Positions 12,431 to 26,300 of a stretch of 64,000 nt of DNA are shown one piece after another. The notes below the pieces were generated by a model. That model saw only the letters and a list, made by a program, of their open reading frames with translations, did not search any database and was not told where the DNA came from. Where the stretch lies: positions 85,624,001-85,688,000 of the forward strand of contig NC_086097.1 of the NCBI RefSeq assembly GCF_963921235.1. Direction: 5' to 3'. Made by a program: the position numbers and the translations under genes. Source of the DNA: Mobula hypostoma (lineage: Eukaryota). How positions within the stretch are numbered: the first letter of the stretch is position 1; every line of letters starts with the position of its first letter.

Positions 12431-13359
12431 TTAATAATACCAATAATGGGCTTCAAATGCAGAAAAATACTCTTTCTCCCCCTATGCTGATATACTCCTC
12501 TGAAAAATACAACATTTGCTTAGCCATCCATAATGGATAAAAATTGTTCTGCCTTGTGTCGAAACATGGTTTCTTCCTGAGGTAATTTGAGCACCTCAGA
12601 TTGATTTGCTGTCCCGACAGACCACGATTAGAGTGAGCACAAGAATCACTGAAGTAATTCCAGCCTCCATAAACGTACCCTCACTTAATGAAATGGCAAG
12701 CATGTGGCAGACACTGCCATTTGTATTGTGAAGGGTTGTGGGTGCAATCATATCTCATACTTATCACTTTGTCCTCTGGTAGAGAAATTTTAAAAAGTAT
12801 CAGAAGCAGAGAAGTGATCCACAGCCTTGCTTTGTTGCTATTGAAATCAGTGGTGGTTCTACACTTGATGTAATTCGTTGATGGCTAGAGGAGATTAGAG
12901 CAGTCAGATCACTGTCCTACTGACTAACAGCTTACAGGGGAATCTGGCCAGAATGTGTTGGCCGTTTACATGTTAGCTTTAAGCTTACCTGGCCAGTCCT
13001 TTCCCCCTAACTCCATATCTGCTGAGAATGTTGCCCACCATATCATTATCATAATCCTATAGTTAGTCTGGGGTAAGTCACACTCTGCACTGCTTTCCAG
13101 CCCCCAATTTACAAGACACTTTGCCTATTGATTCAGACACATCTACCAGGGATGTGCATCATCAGACCTCACCTAGATTACATTCTTATTTTCTTGTTTG
13201 ATACACTTATTATCAAAAATTCCTGCCAATGGCAACAATTTTCAAGATCAATCTCTTCCTCTTATCTACCTGTGCAATTCAAGCTTTGCAAAGTCATTAA
13301 AGCACATTTGTCAAAAATCTCTTTGGCTGTTTCCAAACATGTCTATTGATGATGCAGTC

Positions 13360-16300
13360 AGCAGTACTGCACATCAAGTTACTTAGGTGCATTTGGGACC
13401 TCCTGGCAGGTGCCTTGTCTAAGATAACGTTCTCTGCTGCAGGTGTCATGTTGCTGTTAATGACATGATCATCAGTGATAGATAAGTCCGGTGGATGCAA
13501 TGTGTCCATCTTGTTGGACGCAAATGACCCAGGTGTGTTCTTTGGCTGAACATCCAGTATCTGTTCCACATGCCATCTCAATGTCTGATCTCCAACATCC
13601 ACTGTGTACATCAGTGGTCCAGTTCCTGTAGCTATCCTACTGGATGTCCAATTATCTTACTGGTAATCACACACTAGGACTTCATGTCCAATCTCAAAGC
13701 TCCTTGCTGATGTATTTGGCAACTGGCTGAACTGTTTATTCTGCACTTCCCTCCGTAGATCTGGTTGCAGGAAGTCTGTGTGAGATCTCAGATTTCTGCT
13801 TACGAACAGCATTGCAGGTGTTTGGATAGCCTTCGCATGAATAGAGTTCTGATGCACATCTTGACTGCGTACCCAGGTGTCCTTCATGCAGATTTTGGTG
13901 CACAGTTTAGAGGGAACCACAACACAAGTTCCACACATCAGGGTTCTTTGACGTACAGACAGTTGGTTTCGTCTCACTGAGAACTCTGGAAACATAGGAT
14001 TACCGTGAGCTGGCCATCCTTGCAGGGTGATTTCATAGACTTTTGCCAATGTTGTACCCTTGTTTCTCTTGGTATTTCAGAATTTGTTACCAGCAGTTGG
14101 TCCACCGATGTTGTATGGAACACCTCTGCTGGGTCACAGAATGAAGACTTCATCAGTTGTCAATAGTGGAAGACATGACAAGCCGTCAGCAATGTTGTGT
14201 TGTTTGGTACCCTTGAACTCTATGTAATAAGAGTGAAAAGTGCCCAACATTGCAACCGGTTAGCAGATATCACTGGGATTGAAAATGGACACAAGGGGCT
14301 GGTGGTCTGTCATTAGGGTAACTTTTATCAAGAGCAGTAGTGATGGAACTTCCTTACTCCCTATACTAGAGTAAGGGCCACTCAGTCAATCTGCGCGTAG
14401 TTGCACTCCCGCTCATCAGTGATCTTGAAACAAATGTAATCAGACATTCAGATCCATCTTTCATATTGTCTGACAAAATGGCACCAATGCTATAAAGGGA
14501 TGCATCGCACGCCAGACTGATGGTCATAATGGGTGAGAAGTTCATCTCACGTTATTAGTCCCTTTGTTTCCTTGAATACTCTTTCACATCTTTCTGCCGA
14601 CTCCTACTTTGCTCCTCTCTGCAAATGTGTATTCAATGGGCGCAGAATCTCGCAAGATTTGGGAGAAATCAGTGGTAGTTTACAAGGCCCAAGTATGAGC
14701 TGAGTTGTGACGCGTTTTCCAGTTTGGGTGCCTGCAGCGCTGCTTCAGTCTTCCTTTGTGACTTCTGTAAGCACATGTTTGTCAATGACATGTCAAAAAT
14801 ATGAGATTTTATACTCAAAAAACTCACATTTGTCTCTCTCTGCGCGCAGACCATACTCACTCAGCCTGGTAAGCACTTTACCAAGTTTCTGGAGCTGCTC
14901 TTCATCATTTTTGCCAGTCACAATGATCTCATCAAAGTAACATTTTGTTCCTGGGATATCTTGGAGCACTTGGTCCATTGCTGTTTGCCAAATAGCTGGA
15001 GCTGATGCAACACCACAGATGAGACGATTATACTGAAACAGTTCCTTGTGAGTGTTGATTGTGAGGAACTTTCCAATGAACTCCTCAATCTCCATTTGCA
15101 GATAGGTTTGTGACAAGTCAATCTTTGAAAACCTCTCCCCACCTGCCAATGATGCAAAAGCGTCTTCTTTTCTATTCTATGCAGAGTACACAGCACAGGA
15201 TTACTGCTCACTTTGAAGTCCTCGCATATGTGAGCAGCTCCAGCCTTTCCTTTCCTGATCAACAGGACAATGGGCATGACCCAATCACTCCACTCAACCT
15301 TAGAGAATGCCAGACTCCTCCAGGCTCTAAAGTTCAGCATCCAGTTTAGAACGTAATGCATAAGGCACTGGATGCGCTTTATGGAATCTTTGTATTGCTG
15401 CTTCATCCAGTTCAATTCTGGCTTTCATGCCTTTGAGTTTACCAATTCGCTTCTCAAACAACTTATTAGCATTAAGAATCTGTGCCAGTCTCTGGTTAGT
15501 GCTACCATTTGGGCTGCAATTGCCTGTTGATGACACATTGAGAGCTTTGATTGAATGCCAGTCTAGTTGGATTTTTCTCAACCACTCATGTCCGTAAAGT
15601 ACTGGCCCTCCATTTATCAACACATGTAGCTCTAACTGCTGTGTTTCACCTCCCTATGTCACATTAACTTTCAGTTTGCCTTTGGGGAGATATTTTTTCG
15701 CCTGTGTACATCTTTGGTATCACCCAGGTCTTTTCTAATGGTAGCTTCGAAAACAGTCTGTTGTAGTCAGCCTCTGAAATTACAGTCAAAGCTGACCCTG
15801 TCTCCAGCTCCATTTTCATTTTTACACTGGACACATGTATCATGATCCATGTGATTTTGCAATCTGCTTCAGTAATGCTAGACATGACAGCTCACCTTGT
15901 AGACTCTGTGTGGTCTGATTCAGTTTCACATTTGGTCATTTATGCATTTGTTTAGTTTTGTGTTTGAAACTTTTCACTCTGTGTGGTTTTTGTCTGACTT
16001 GCACACTCCCTCTATGTGACCTTGTCTATGACACTTCCTGCAAGCTTTTTTTTGACCAGCAGTCATTTGCATCATGGGAGGATTTGCCACATCGACAACA
16101 TTTGACTTTTCTTGCACCATTCAGGGACATTTTGTGCATTTCACATTCTAAACTCTGTTTCTGTAGTTCTCTCGCATTCTTTGCTGCTATCTCCATTGAT
16201 ATTGCAAAGGTCAATGCCCAATCTAAGGTTAGATCTCTTTCTGATAGAAACCTCTTTTAAATGCTTACCATATACAAGCCTATCCCTTAATGCGTCTCTA

Positions 16301-16980
16301 AAGTCACAATATTAGGAAAGTTTGTGCAGTTCTGAAATGTATTCAAAAATGCTTTTATCCTTTGACTGGTTTCTTTTGTGATATCTAAATCTGTCAGCTA
16401 TTACTAGTGGTTTTGGGCTCAAGTGATTTTGTAAAATTTCAACAATTTCATCGAATGTCTTGCTGGCTTTTCAGGAGTTACCAAGTTGTGTAAGAGACTG
16501 TACATTTTAGCTAAGAAGTGTGGAGACTTTCTTCCCTTCATCCACATTGTTAGCAGTACAGTACAGTTCAACCCTCTCAATATATGATTCCCAGTCCTCA
16601 TTAGCACTATCAAATTTGTCGACTTTTCTGACTAAGGCCATCATCACATTGTTTTCATTTTTGCCTTGCTAGTTGTGCGTCTGTCACTGTGTACTGTGCA
16701 CTGTCACTCACGCATCCCCGTGACTGCCTTCTCTGTACTGGTTCACTCTTTCCTCTTGCTGTCTTTCTCCCTTCCTCTGAGTTCTGTCATCTCGTAACTG
16801 TCAGTGCAGATAGTGATATTTGCTGACATTCTGGTTCATATTCATTGCCAATTTGCTGTGTCTGTACAACTACATATCAAATAAATAAGGCACACACTCA
16901 GAGGTGAAGTTAACTTGTATGTTCACTTTCCAGAGAGAACAATAGAGCAATGCACATGGGTAAGTTATCAGTCAATAATT
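13360..16980 (-). mobile_element. Degenerate Gypsy/Ty3 LTR retrotransposon (gag-pol pseudogene)
   Basis: Order on minus strand: gag with CCHC knuckle (CCRCGKSSHDANDCW), protease (LETGSALTVI), RT (FSKIDLSQTYLQ; YFDEII), RNase H, partly deleted integrase (LRWHVEQI). PBS-like tggcaatga near 16850. Many stops and frameshifts. Confidence 0.88.
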
Positions 16981-17039
16981 AGTGCCAAGGGGAGTCATAG
17001 TACAAAAAAAATCATACACTTACAGACACAGCCTCAGAA

Positions 17040-17250
17040 TAGAGGGCATCCTTTTAGAATGTGGAGGCCAGGTCATTGGGTATACTTAAGGCAGATGTTG
17101 ACAGATTCTTGATTAGTCAGGGCGTGAAGGAATACGGGGAGAAGGCTGGAGATTGAGGCTCAGAGGGAAAATGGATCAACCATGACGAAATGGTGGAGCT
17201 GACACAATAGGCCGAATGGCCTAATTTTCCTCTTATATCTTATGGTCTAT
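17040..17250 (+). mobile_element. CR1 3' tail remnant
   Basis: cacagcctcagaatagaggg...ggccgaatggcctaattttcctcttatatcttatggtct. Confidence 0.7.
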
Positions 17251-17809
17251 CCAGCAGATCTGCTGACATGTTGTCACATTAAAGATTCAAGGTTGTTTAT
17301 TGTCATTCTTCTATATACAAGAATGAAATGGCTGGTACTCCGAATCCAATGCAGCATAAAAAATACACAATAAGCATGAAGAACACAGTAAAAAAAACCT
17401 CTAAGTATAAACATAAAAGCAAACTTATGAAACACAATGGACAAGTGACTGTTATATACACATACAGTGCCTTTTATAGGATTGCTTTCATATTTATTTT
17501 TACTTACTGAGCATAGTTGACTGTTACTTCATACTGTACATAAAGTATTCTTACAAATTGTATGGGCTATCTAATCGCACTGTAGTGCAGACTGTAGCAC
17601 AGGGGTGTGCAAAGAATATCTGATTTCCTATGTGGGTAAGAACACCAAATCCATAAATTAGAGTTGATAATAATAGGGAAATGACCAGCTAACTCTGTTT
17701 GAATCCAGGCCATATGCAAAAATACAGGAAAGTAATGTTCCAAGATGACACTGCGAAGTAGTAAGTTGATTGTTAGCTATGATTTGGGGAGTCACTAACA
17801 CAGAAGATT

Positions 17810-17995
17810 CTGGGTTGGCTGATGTCCAGGGTATTACTGAACGAGCATTATACTGTTGTAAATACCAACTTTTAGATGAGATGTTAAGCCACAGACCCTG
17901 AACCCTTGCAAATGGATGTGAAAGATCCCATGGCTCTATTTCAGAGGACAACAAGAAACCCTTGAATTTTTGGCTAATGATTTTATCAAGCACCA
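17810..17995 (+). mobile_element. Ancient DeuSINE-like (SacSINE1/AmnSINE1-type) remnant
   Basis: Deu-domain-like ttttagatgagatgttaagcc...ggatgtgaaagatcccatggctctattt. Confidence 0.6.
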
Positions 17996-18566
17996 TTTAA
18001 AAAAAAATCAGTTCTTTAACTCAAACCCAGATTTTAGTGAATTACTTAAATTTCTGTTTCCTCAGCTGTCATGTCAGATTCAAACTCATGTCCCTGATCA
18101 ATGGTCCAGAACACTAGATGGATGTCCAATACTCGCGTATCTTAGTCTGCTGAGAGCTCCTCAGTTACACTGTTTGTCCCAGCAATAAAGTGGAGATTAA
18201 CTTGATTTGATCTGAAGTTGTCCTTTTTCAGTGGAAATCTTTACTCTAAGCTTTCTGCAAATGGATTGTTTATCTAAACTGACATTATTGAAAACCAACA
18301 GGAGACTATATGCATTACCTTGAAGAAATGGAACTTAAAAAAAAACACACACAATCAAGATGGACTCTTGGCATCACAATCTGCCTCGATATGATTTTGC
18401 ATTTACTTGCATTGTACTCGTCCGGTAGCTTTTACACTTTATCCTACATTGTTATTGTTTTACCTTATTCTAGCTCAATGTACTGTGTAATGATTTGATC
18501 TGTACCTTGGTACATGTGATAATAATAAACAAATAGCAGTGCTAATCCTCCAACAGGACAACATCC

Positions 18567-19620
18567 TTGTCATAGGGATTGGAAGCTTGCGTGCCTCAAT
18601 GACCTAGAGAGCTATGTCGGAGTCAGAGCCTTGTGCTTTGACTCTTGGTATGGTCACCCATGTAAAAAAAGGAGAAATGGTAGAGGCCAGACTAAGAGTG
18701 GTCCACTGGTCCTCCAGATTCAGGGTTTCAGCTATGGTTTAACACCCCAGACGTGAGTGACTCTGTCTCGAAGCAGCAAGGAAGACTGAAGATCCAGGTG
18801 AATGCAGAGGGGGGTCAGTGATGGCTTGGCATGAGATGGCTGGCAGCTGGTTCGATGTGTTTGGCCCAGGGTCGGGTGGGCGGCGTCTGGCTCTGGATCA
18901 GCGGCCCAAGTCGGAGGTCACTTTTTATGGAAGGACTGAGTTCCTGTGGATGCTCTTTTCATATGCAGTGAAAAGATGTTTCCCATATTCTAAGATTTAT
19001 GTGCTTTTTGGACTGTACTTTATATTGGCTTCCTTCAATTTTTGGTCGTTTTCTTTCTTGTGGTCAATTGGCGGGAGAGAGATCTGTTAATTTTTGTGTG
19101 TAGGAGGTGGGGTTGGGGATTTGGCACTACTGTTGCTGTTCTTTTCTGCAAATGAGAGTGTCGGGGATTGTTATGTGCAGAGGATGGTTGATTTTTTTTG
19201 TAGCTTTTTCTGCTATGGGGAGGGTGGGATTTTTGGGTTCTGCGAGTTTTGTTTCTTTTTCATGCTGGTTGGGGATGAGGGTGCGTTGATGTATTTTCTT
19301 TCTTCTGTATTTCATGGCTATCTGGAGAAGACAAATATCAGAGTCGTATTGTAATGCATACTTTGACAATAAAATGAACCTTTGAACCATTAAAACAAAA
19401 TTGTTACAGAAACAGCAATCCTTCTGTATTTTTGAGTCACCACCCGGGACTTGCATGACTGACAGCAGTGAAAACTGAGAGGTAACTACTGGCATGATGA
19501 AGGAAGCCCTGAACACCACCAAGACCAAGACCAAAATTGGTTTTGATGGCTCGGAATAGACAGAGATGAAGGACCTCCATTGCTGCCCTAAACACTAGCA
19601 ACATAACGAGCGGTAAGAAG
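18567..19620 (+). mobile_element. Non-autonomous RTE (Rex3/Expander-like) derivative interrupted by a LINE 3'-UTR insertion (~18753-19388)
   Basis: Expander-like 5' region (gcttgcgtgcctcaatgacc...ggtcacccatg...ccagactaagagtggtcc) and RTE-type 3' end (gatgaaggacctccattgctgccctaaac). The insert ends aataaaatgaacctttgaacc. Confidence 0.55.
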
Positions 19621-20789
19621 ACCAATACTAATATTGTTCTGCGTGCTTATGAGTGATGCTTGATCTTTAAAAGGACCCCCTGACTTAACTTACCAGTGTG
19701 AACCATCCAGTTCTTAGCTATTCAAAGAAAAATATTCAGGAAAGAACATATTAGGAAAGACATAGCTCATCTTAACAACATTTCAATGTCACAGAATTGT
19801 CATCTACCATGTATTAATGTTTAATATATGATAGATAACAGGCTTATTAAAAAGATTCTAAATTATGCACTAGAATGTATCACACTCAACACTACTGTAC
19901 CAGTGGTTTTTCATGGTGTCACTTGATACTCCTTTAAGTTGGGGCAGAATGAGCACTCTAGAATGGAATTTGGTTATAAACTTAAATGTTATGAATTGTA
20001 TTAATAGAGTCTTCATTTACTAAATTTGAAATTCCACATAGGGCACTAGTCAGGAATTCTTAATGGAAAATTAAACTCTGTTTAAAAACAAACTCTAATT
20101 CTTGTTTTGTGTCCTTACCAAAATGGAGAAGATTGCTTGATTTTCTGACTGCCCACTGAAACATCAAACAGCCATTTGGAATTTGTGAAAGATTTCACTT
20201 CTGCCCTTGTTCCTTGGAATGCATCCTCAGCACAAAGCAATGTATCAGTGTGCAGCAATATAAACATGGATACTGAAGCTGATCTGTCTTATAATTTTCA
20301 GACTGGAGACTCATCAGAACTAGTAAAGAGGATCTCTGGTCTGAAATGTTAACTGTTTCTCTTTCCAAAGATGTTACCTGACTGGCTGAATAGTTCCAAC
20401 GTTTTACAAAATAATTTCAGGTTTCGAGCATCAGAAGATCCGAAATAAAACATGCAAATTTAAGCAGTGATATATGAGTAGAGATTGAGTCAATATTGCC
20501 ATTTTACACCACTTCATCTGAAGTCCATCTTACCCTTACTGATGAAATCCACAAAAAGAAGCGACTGACCTGAATAAAATACAGGATGAAAAGTATGGAA
20601 AACAAAAGTGGAGTTAAAGGTATTAATAGGTAATCCTGTTCCAGGAAACAATTGACAGTTATAGATGCTTGTGCATTGCCAAACAATTTAGAATTTTTCA
20701 ATCAGTTCATTGATTTGAGATCACTTGTAAGGCATCCGTTATTTATTATCTATACAGAGTGTTGTCACAGGAAAGCAACAAATCTCACT

Positions 20790-21195
20790 TCAGCAGTCAG
20801 AAGTGGAGAGGGTCAGCAACTTTAAATTCCTCCATGGTATTATTCTGGAGGCCCAGCACACAAGTGTAATTACAAAGAAAGCCTCTACTTCCTTAGGAGT
20901 TTGTGAAGATTCAGCGTGGCACTTAGAACTCCGACAAACTTCTATAGATGTGTAGTGGACAGTATATTGACTGTCTGTCTTACAGCCAGGTATGGAGACA
21001 CCAATGCCCTTGAACGGGATATCCTACAGAGAGTAGTGGATACAGCCCAGTCCACCATTGTGCACATCTACACAAAGCACTGTTGCAGGAAAGCAGCATC
21101 CATCAATAGGGTCCCCCACCACCCAGGTTATGCTCTGTCTTCACTGTAAATGGTGACATAAATACTTTGATAATACATTTACTTTGAAATTTGAT
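20790..21195 (+). mobile_element. Rex1/Babar-like LINE remnant
   Basis: NFYRCVVDSILTVCLTARYG...LQRVVDTAQS; (actttga)-type tail. Confidence 0.7.
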
Positions 21196-21785
21196 GCCCG
21201 TGTTGTTGCTGATGAGTATCATATTCTTATTTAGATTGGTAGCACAGGGACAGGAAAACTGAATTAGTTTACTCATAGACTCCACATCTGACTAAATCTA
21301 AGCTTTTAAATACTAAAGTTTATTTTTGATGTTAAGTGCCAATCTACTTGAATATTTCTTTTTAAGTCTAGCTGGTTGTTTAACTGATGGTCTTGCAAAT
21401 TTGTGTGGAATTGTAATGGCCATCTTCTGTGTCTGTTGTTAACTCTTAGATTGGTTGAGCTCTTGTCCTCACATGGTTGGAAAAATACAATCTAAAGGCT
21501 CTGTTCAGAAAAGTTTTGACAAAAGAGTGTACATTGTCCAAATTAATTAGTTTGAAAATAATCAATTTCGTTTCCAAAATAACACAGATGTTGTTTGTAA
21601 ATCAGCTGAAATCCTTGGCAAGCTTCTGTTTTGTTATAATCCATTACCATGATGTCATGGTATGTGTGTGCCAATGAACTGTCTCATAATTGCGAGTTGC
21701 AGATTTATGATGTTGGTTCACCTTTATTTTCATCCACTTATACTTATGGTTTGGGCCTCATTGATATACTTAATTCTGCAGATAG

Positions 21786-22054
21786 AGAAACATAGAAACA
21801 TAGAAACATAGAAAATAGGTGCAGGAGTAGGCCATGCGGCCCTTCGAGCCTGCACCACCATTCAGTATGATCATGGCTGATCATCCAACTCAGAACCTTG
21901 TACCAGCCTTCCCTCCATACCGCCGATCCCTTTAGCCACAAGGGCCATATCTAACTCCCTCTTAAATATAGCCAATGAACTGGCCTCAACTGTTTCATGT
22001 GGCAGCGAATTCCACAGATTCACCACTCTCTGTGTGAAGAAGTTTTTCCTCATC
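21786..22054 (-). mobile_element. Young CR1 3' fragment
   Basis: (catagaaa)n tail and reverse complement of RKNFFTQRVVNLWNSLP... Confidence 0.92.
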
Positions 22055-23329
22055 TTTCTCTATATCCCCTGGTCTTCATAGGTTCAATATGATGTCATTG
22101 ATCTTTTCCCCTTTTTCACTAATCCTCATATCTTCAGATCCCACTGGAATGCTATTACCCATGCTGTGAATCAATCAATATTTCAACTTTTACTCTGAGT
22201 AGCTAGCAGAAGAGAAACTTAAGATTTATTTTTACAGATGCCTTAAAGTAGCAATGTCTGCTCTAACAAAATCCTCATAAGGCTAGAGAACACCGTGGCT
22301 TTGGGAGGTCAATGCATAGCAACATTTCTTGGAACAATTCAGATTTAGATCTGAATTGTCTGGTTCAGATTCATTCATTTATCACATATACATCGAACAT
22401 ACAGTGAAATGCATCGTTTACATTAAAAACCAATACAACCTAAGGATGTGCTAGGGGTAGGACACATCTGTCACTACACATTCTGGTGCCAAGATAGCAT
22501 GCTCACCATGTTTAGCAGAATAACACAAGCAGCAACAACAACAACAAAACAAACCCTGTCCCATCCTCCCATCCACCCATCCACCAACTCATTCACATGT
22601 GGAGATGGGTCTTCAATCCCAAGAGATGCCATCGCCAGGCTTCCAACCACCAGTTCCTGGCTCCAGACCCTGAGACTCACAGATACTGGGTCTCCAACCT
22701 TCAGTCCCTGACCTGGAATCGCAGACTTGCAGACTCCAACCCAGGGGCTTCAACCTATGGACCTCAACCTCTAGATTCCCTGACTTCAGTTTTTGACCCT
22801 TAGGCTTTGACATCTGGACTTCCTAATCTTTGGACTTCAAACTCCAACTGACTTGGGGGACCAACAGCCACTGCCCACAGGGTTACTGACCATGGGGATC
22901 ACTGATCTTTGCCTCTGTGCCTGCTGACCCAACATCTGTCCACGTGGATCACTGGTCTTTCACCTCAGTGTTTGCCAATCCAAAATCTGTCCTCGGGGAT
23001 TGGTGGCATTCAACCGCCGAGCATTCCTACCTGGACTCTGACCACCAGCTCCTGACTGTAGCTCTTCATTTACTTCTGATCTCTCACTACCCCTTACTCC
23101 TGTGCCTAAACAGTAACCTGTCAAAATTGTGACGCGTATAGAGATAATCATCGAACAGCCAATTCAGAAAGTTAACAGACGATATGAAGCAATTTGTATC
23201 AATGTTGAAATAAACTAGATTGGCAGGGGTTTGGGATTCCAAGCTTCAGTGAGGAAAATGAGAGGCCGGGAAGTGATGCGGGAGTTAATGATAGCAAGCT
23301 GAATAGGCGTGACAGACAGGAGAACGGTC

Positions 23330-26300
23330 AGCTGTAAGCAAAGTCTATTGGATTAAATTGTACTTGTTCTAATGCAAGAGGACTCACAGGTTGGGCAGAT
23401 TCTAACCATTATGGAAATGAGGCTGAGGGAGGGACTCTGGTGCCAGCTTAATGTTCAGGTTACAGGTATTTTAGGCAGGATAGAGTCAGAGGAAAGAGAG
23501 GAGGGGGAGTTGTATTTTTGACTGAGGGATGTCATAACCGTAGTCAGATGAAATTACCAAAGGAACATCTGATAAGTCTTTACGGGTGGAGCCGAGAAAT
23601 AAGAAAGGGATGTACTATAGTCAAGGGGAATTAGAAACATAGATATGTAGGGGATTGTGCAGAGCTGTAAGTATAATAGGTTATAATAGTAAGTTTAAGG
23701 GGAGCGGCCATTGTTGCCATGGGTCAGGGACAAAGTGGAGATGTTGAGGCTTTGGCTCAAGAGGTTTCAGCAAGAAGAGGTGGAGGCAAAAGTAAGTTTC
23801 CTCTAGTTTCCTTCTTTCTTGTTGCACAGTTAAAGTAGTGGGAATGAAAGTCGGGTCAGTGGAATGCTCCTCTTGTGGGATGTTAGAAGACCTCCGGTGT
23901 TGTGTAGCTGTAGCTTCTTACAGACCGTGACAGCAAATTAGAGCTAGATCTGGATACACTTTGGATCATTCAGATGGCTGAGTGATTGTTTGACAGGAGA
24001 TGCAGGGAAGTAGTTATATCTAAGGTGCAGGACACAGGTAACACTGGGTGAGCATCAGGGAACTGAATGGGGATAGGCAGCCAGGGCAGATGTACCTGCA
24101 GCCATCAGCCTCAATAGCTATTGTTCTGAATACTATTGGGGTTGGGGGAATGACTTAGCAGAGGAAAGCCACAGTAGCAAGGTCTCTGGCTTTGTGTCTC
24201 AGAAAGGAAAGTGGAGAAGAGACAATCAGTAGTGATAGGGATTCATTCATTAGAGGTACAGAGAGGAGACAATTCACAGGTGGTATTGATGCTTCTTAGG
24301 TGTCAGGGTCAGGGACATCTCAAATCAAGTCCCTATCATTCATAAGGAGGAGGGTGACATTGGTGCCTCTGTCATCTGTACCAATGACCTAGGCAGGAAT
24401 AGTGAAAGGTCCTGCAAAGTGATTTGAGGGAGTAAGATACTAAGGACAGGAATTCCAGGATGGTGATCGCAGGATTGCTACCCATGCCACGTGCTGATGA
24501 GGCCAGACTAAGAAGCTAATATAATTTAACACATGGCCAAGGAGATGGTGCAGGAGGGAAGGCTTCAGATTTCTGGATCACTGGGATCTCTTCCGGGCAA
24601 GGTGGGACCAAGACAAATGAAACGATTTGCACCTGAATTGAAGGCGGGCCATTATCCTTGTGGGAAGGTTGTAATGCTGGTCTGGAGAATTAAACTAGAA
24701 ATGCAGGGGGATGGAAACCAGAGTTCCAGGGCACACAGTGCAGTGGTTGAGGGGTAAAATGATGTTAAGTCTACATACAAATATAGGAACCAAAATGTTG
24801 AGCGTGGTGGGTGTAATGTTCTGAGTTGCATCAATTTCAATGCAAGGAGTATTGTAAGTAAGGCAGATGAACTTAGAGGATGGATCAGCATGTGGAATTA
24901 TGATATTGCAGTAATTAGTGAGACTTGGTTGCGGGAGGGGCAGGACTCAACGTTCCATGGGTTCCGTTCTTTTAGACATGATAGAGAGGGAGGGGTGGCA
25001 TTACCAGTCAGAGAAAATGTCACAGCTGTGCTCAAACAGGACAGATTGGAAAGCTTGTCTGCTGAGTAAACTATATGTGGGTGGAACTGAGGATTAAGGA
25101 AGGTATGACCATGTTAACTGGATTACATTATAGGCAACCCAATAGTCAGCAGGATTCAGAGGAGCAAATAATGTAGTGAGACAGTTGTAAGAAAAATAAG
25201 GTTGTGATAGGTGATTTAAATTTTTTACATATTGACTGGGACTCCCACACTGCAAAAGGACTGGATGGAACAGAGTTTGTTAATTTTGATTGAGTTTGTC
25301 ATTAAAGTGACTCAAATACCACATAGATAAAAGACAAATGGAGGACTCTGTGGGAAGGAAGGGTTAGATTAATCATAAGACTAGATTAAAAATGGGCTCA
25401 ACATTGTGCGCCAAAGAGTCTGTAATGTGCTGTAATTTTCTATTATTCTAAAACATGCTCAGAAAAGTCTCCAATAATCAATATATAAAGATCCTAACCA
25501 CAGATAGTGTGTTGCTGGATCTCCTGATAGGGAACAAGAAAGAGCAGGTGTAGGAGAACATTCATAATTTCACTAGTTTTAAGATAATTATGGATAAGGA
25601 TAGGAATGGTCTTCCAGTTGAAATTCTAAATTGGAGAAAAGCCAATTTTGATCGCATCAGAAAGGATCTGGCAGTTGTGGATTGGGATAGGTTGCTTTCT
25701 GGCAACAGGATGCTTGCTATGTGGGTGGCCTTCTAAAGTGAAATTTTGAGAGTACAGAGTTTGTATGTTCCTGTTAGAATAAAAGGCAAGGATAACAGGT
25801 TTAAGAAACCTTGGTTTTTGAGAACTATTGAGTCCTTGGTGAAGAAGTTGCAGAACTGGTATAGGCAGCAAGAAACAAGTGAGGTACTTCAGTATAAGTG
25901 CAAGAAATATTTAAGAAGGAAATCAGGAGAGCTAAAAGAAGGTATGAGATTGCACTAGCAGACAAGATGAAGGAGAATCTGCCGGGCTTTTACAGATACT
26001 GTGTATTAAGAGCAAATGGATAGCAAGGATCAAAATTGACCCATTTGAACATCAGCATGGTCATCTATGCACTGAACTGAAAAAGATGGGAAAATCTTAA
26101 ATGGATTTTGTTGCATGTCTGTTTCAGTGGGTGATTGACACTGAGTCTACAGAACTGAGGCAGAATGGCCATGACATGATGGACCAAATACAGATTACAG
26201 AAGAGAAAGTGTTTGCTGTCTTGAGACAAAGAATGGTGGATAAGTTCCCCTCCGACCTTGTGGAAGGCTAGTGTAGAAATTCCAGAGGCCTTAAGAGAGA

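Noticed and set aside
22620..23050. CRISPR-like or structured array
   Set aside because: Only degenerate short pyrimidine-rich motifs without constant repeats or spacers; eukaryotic context
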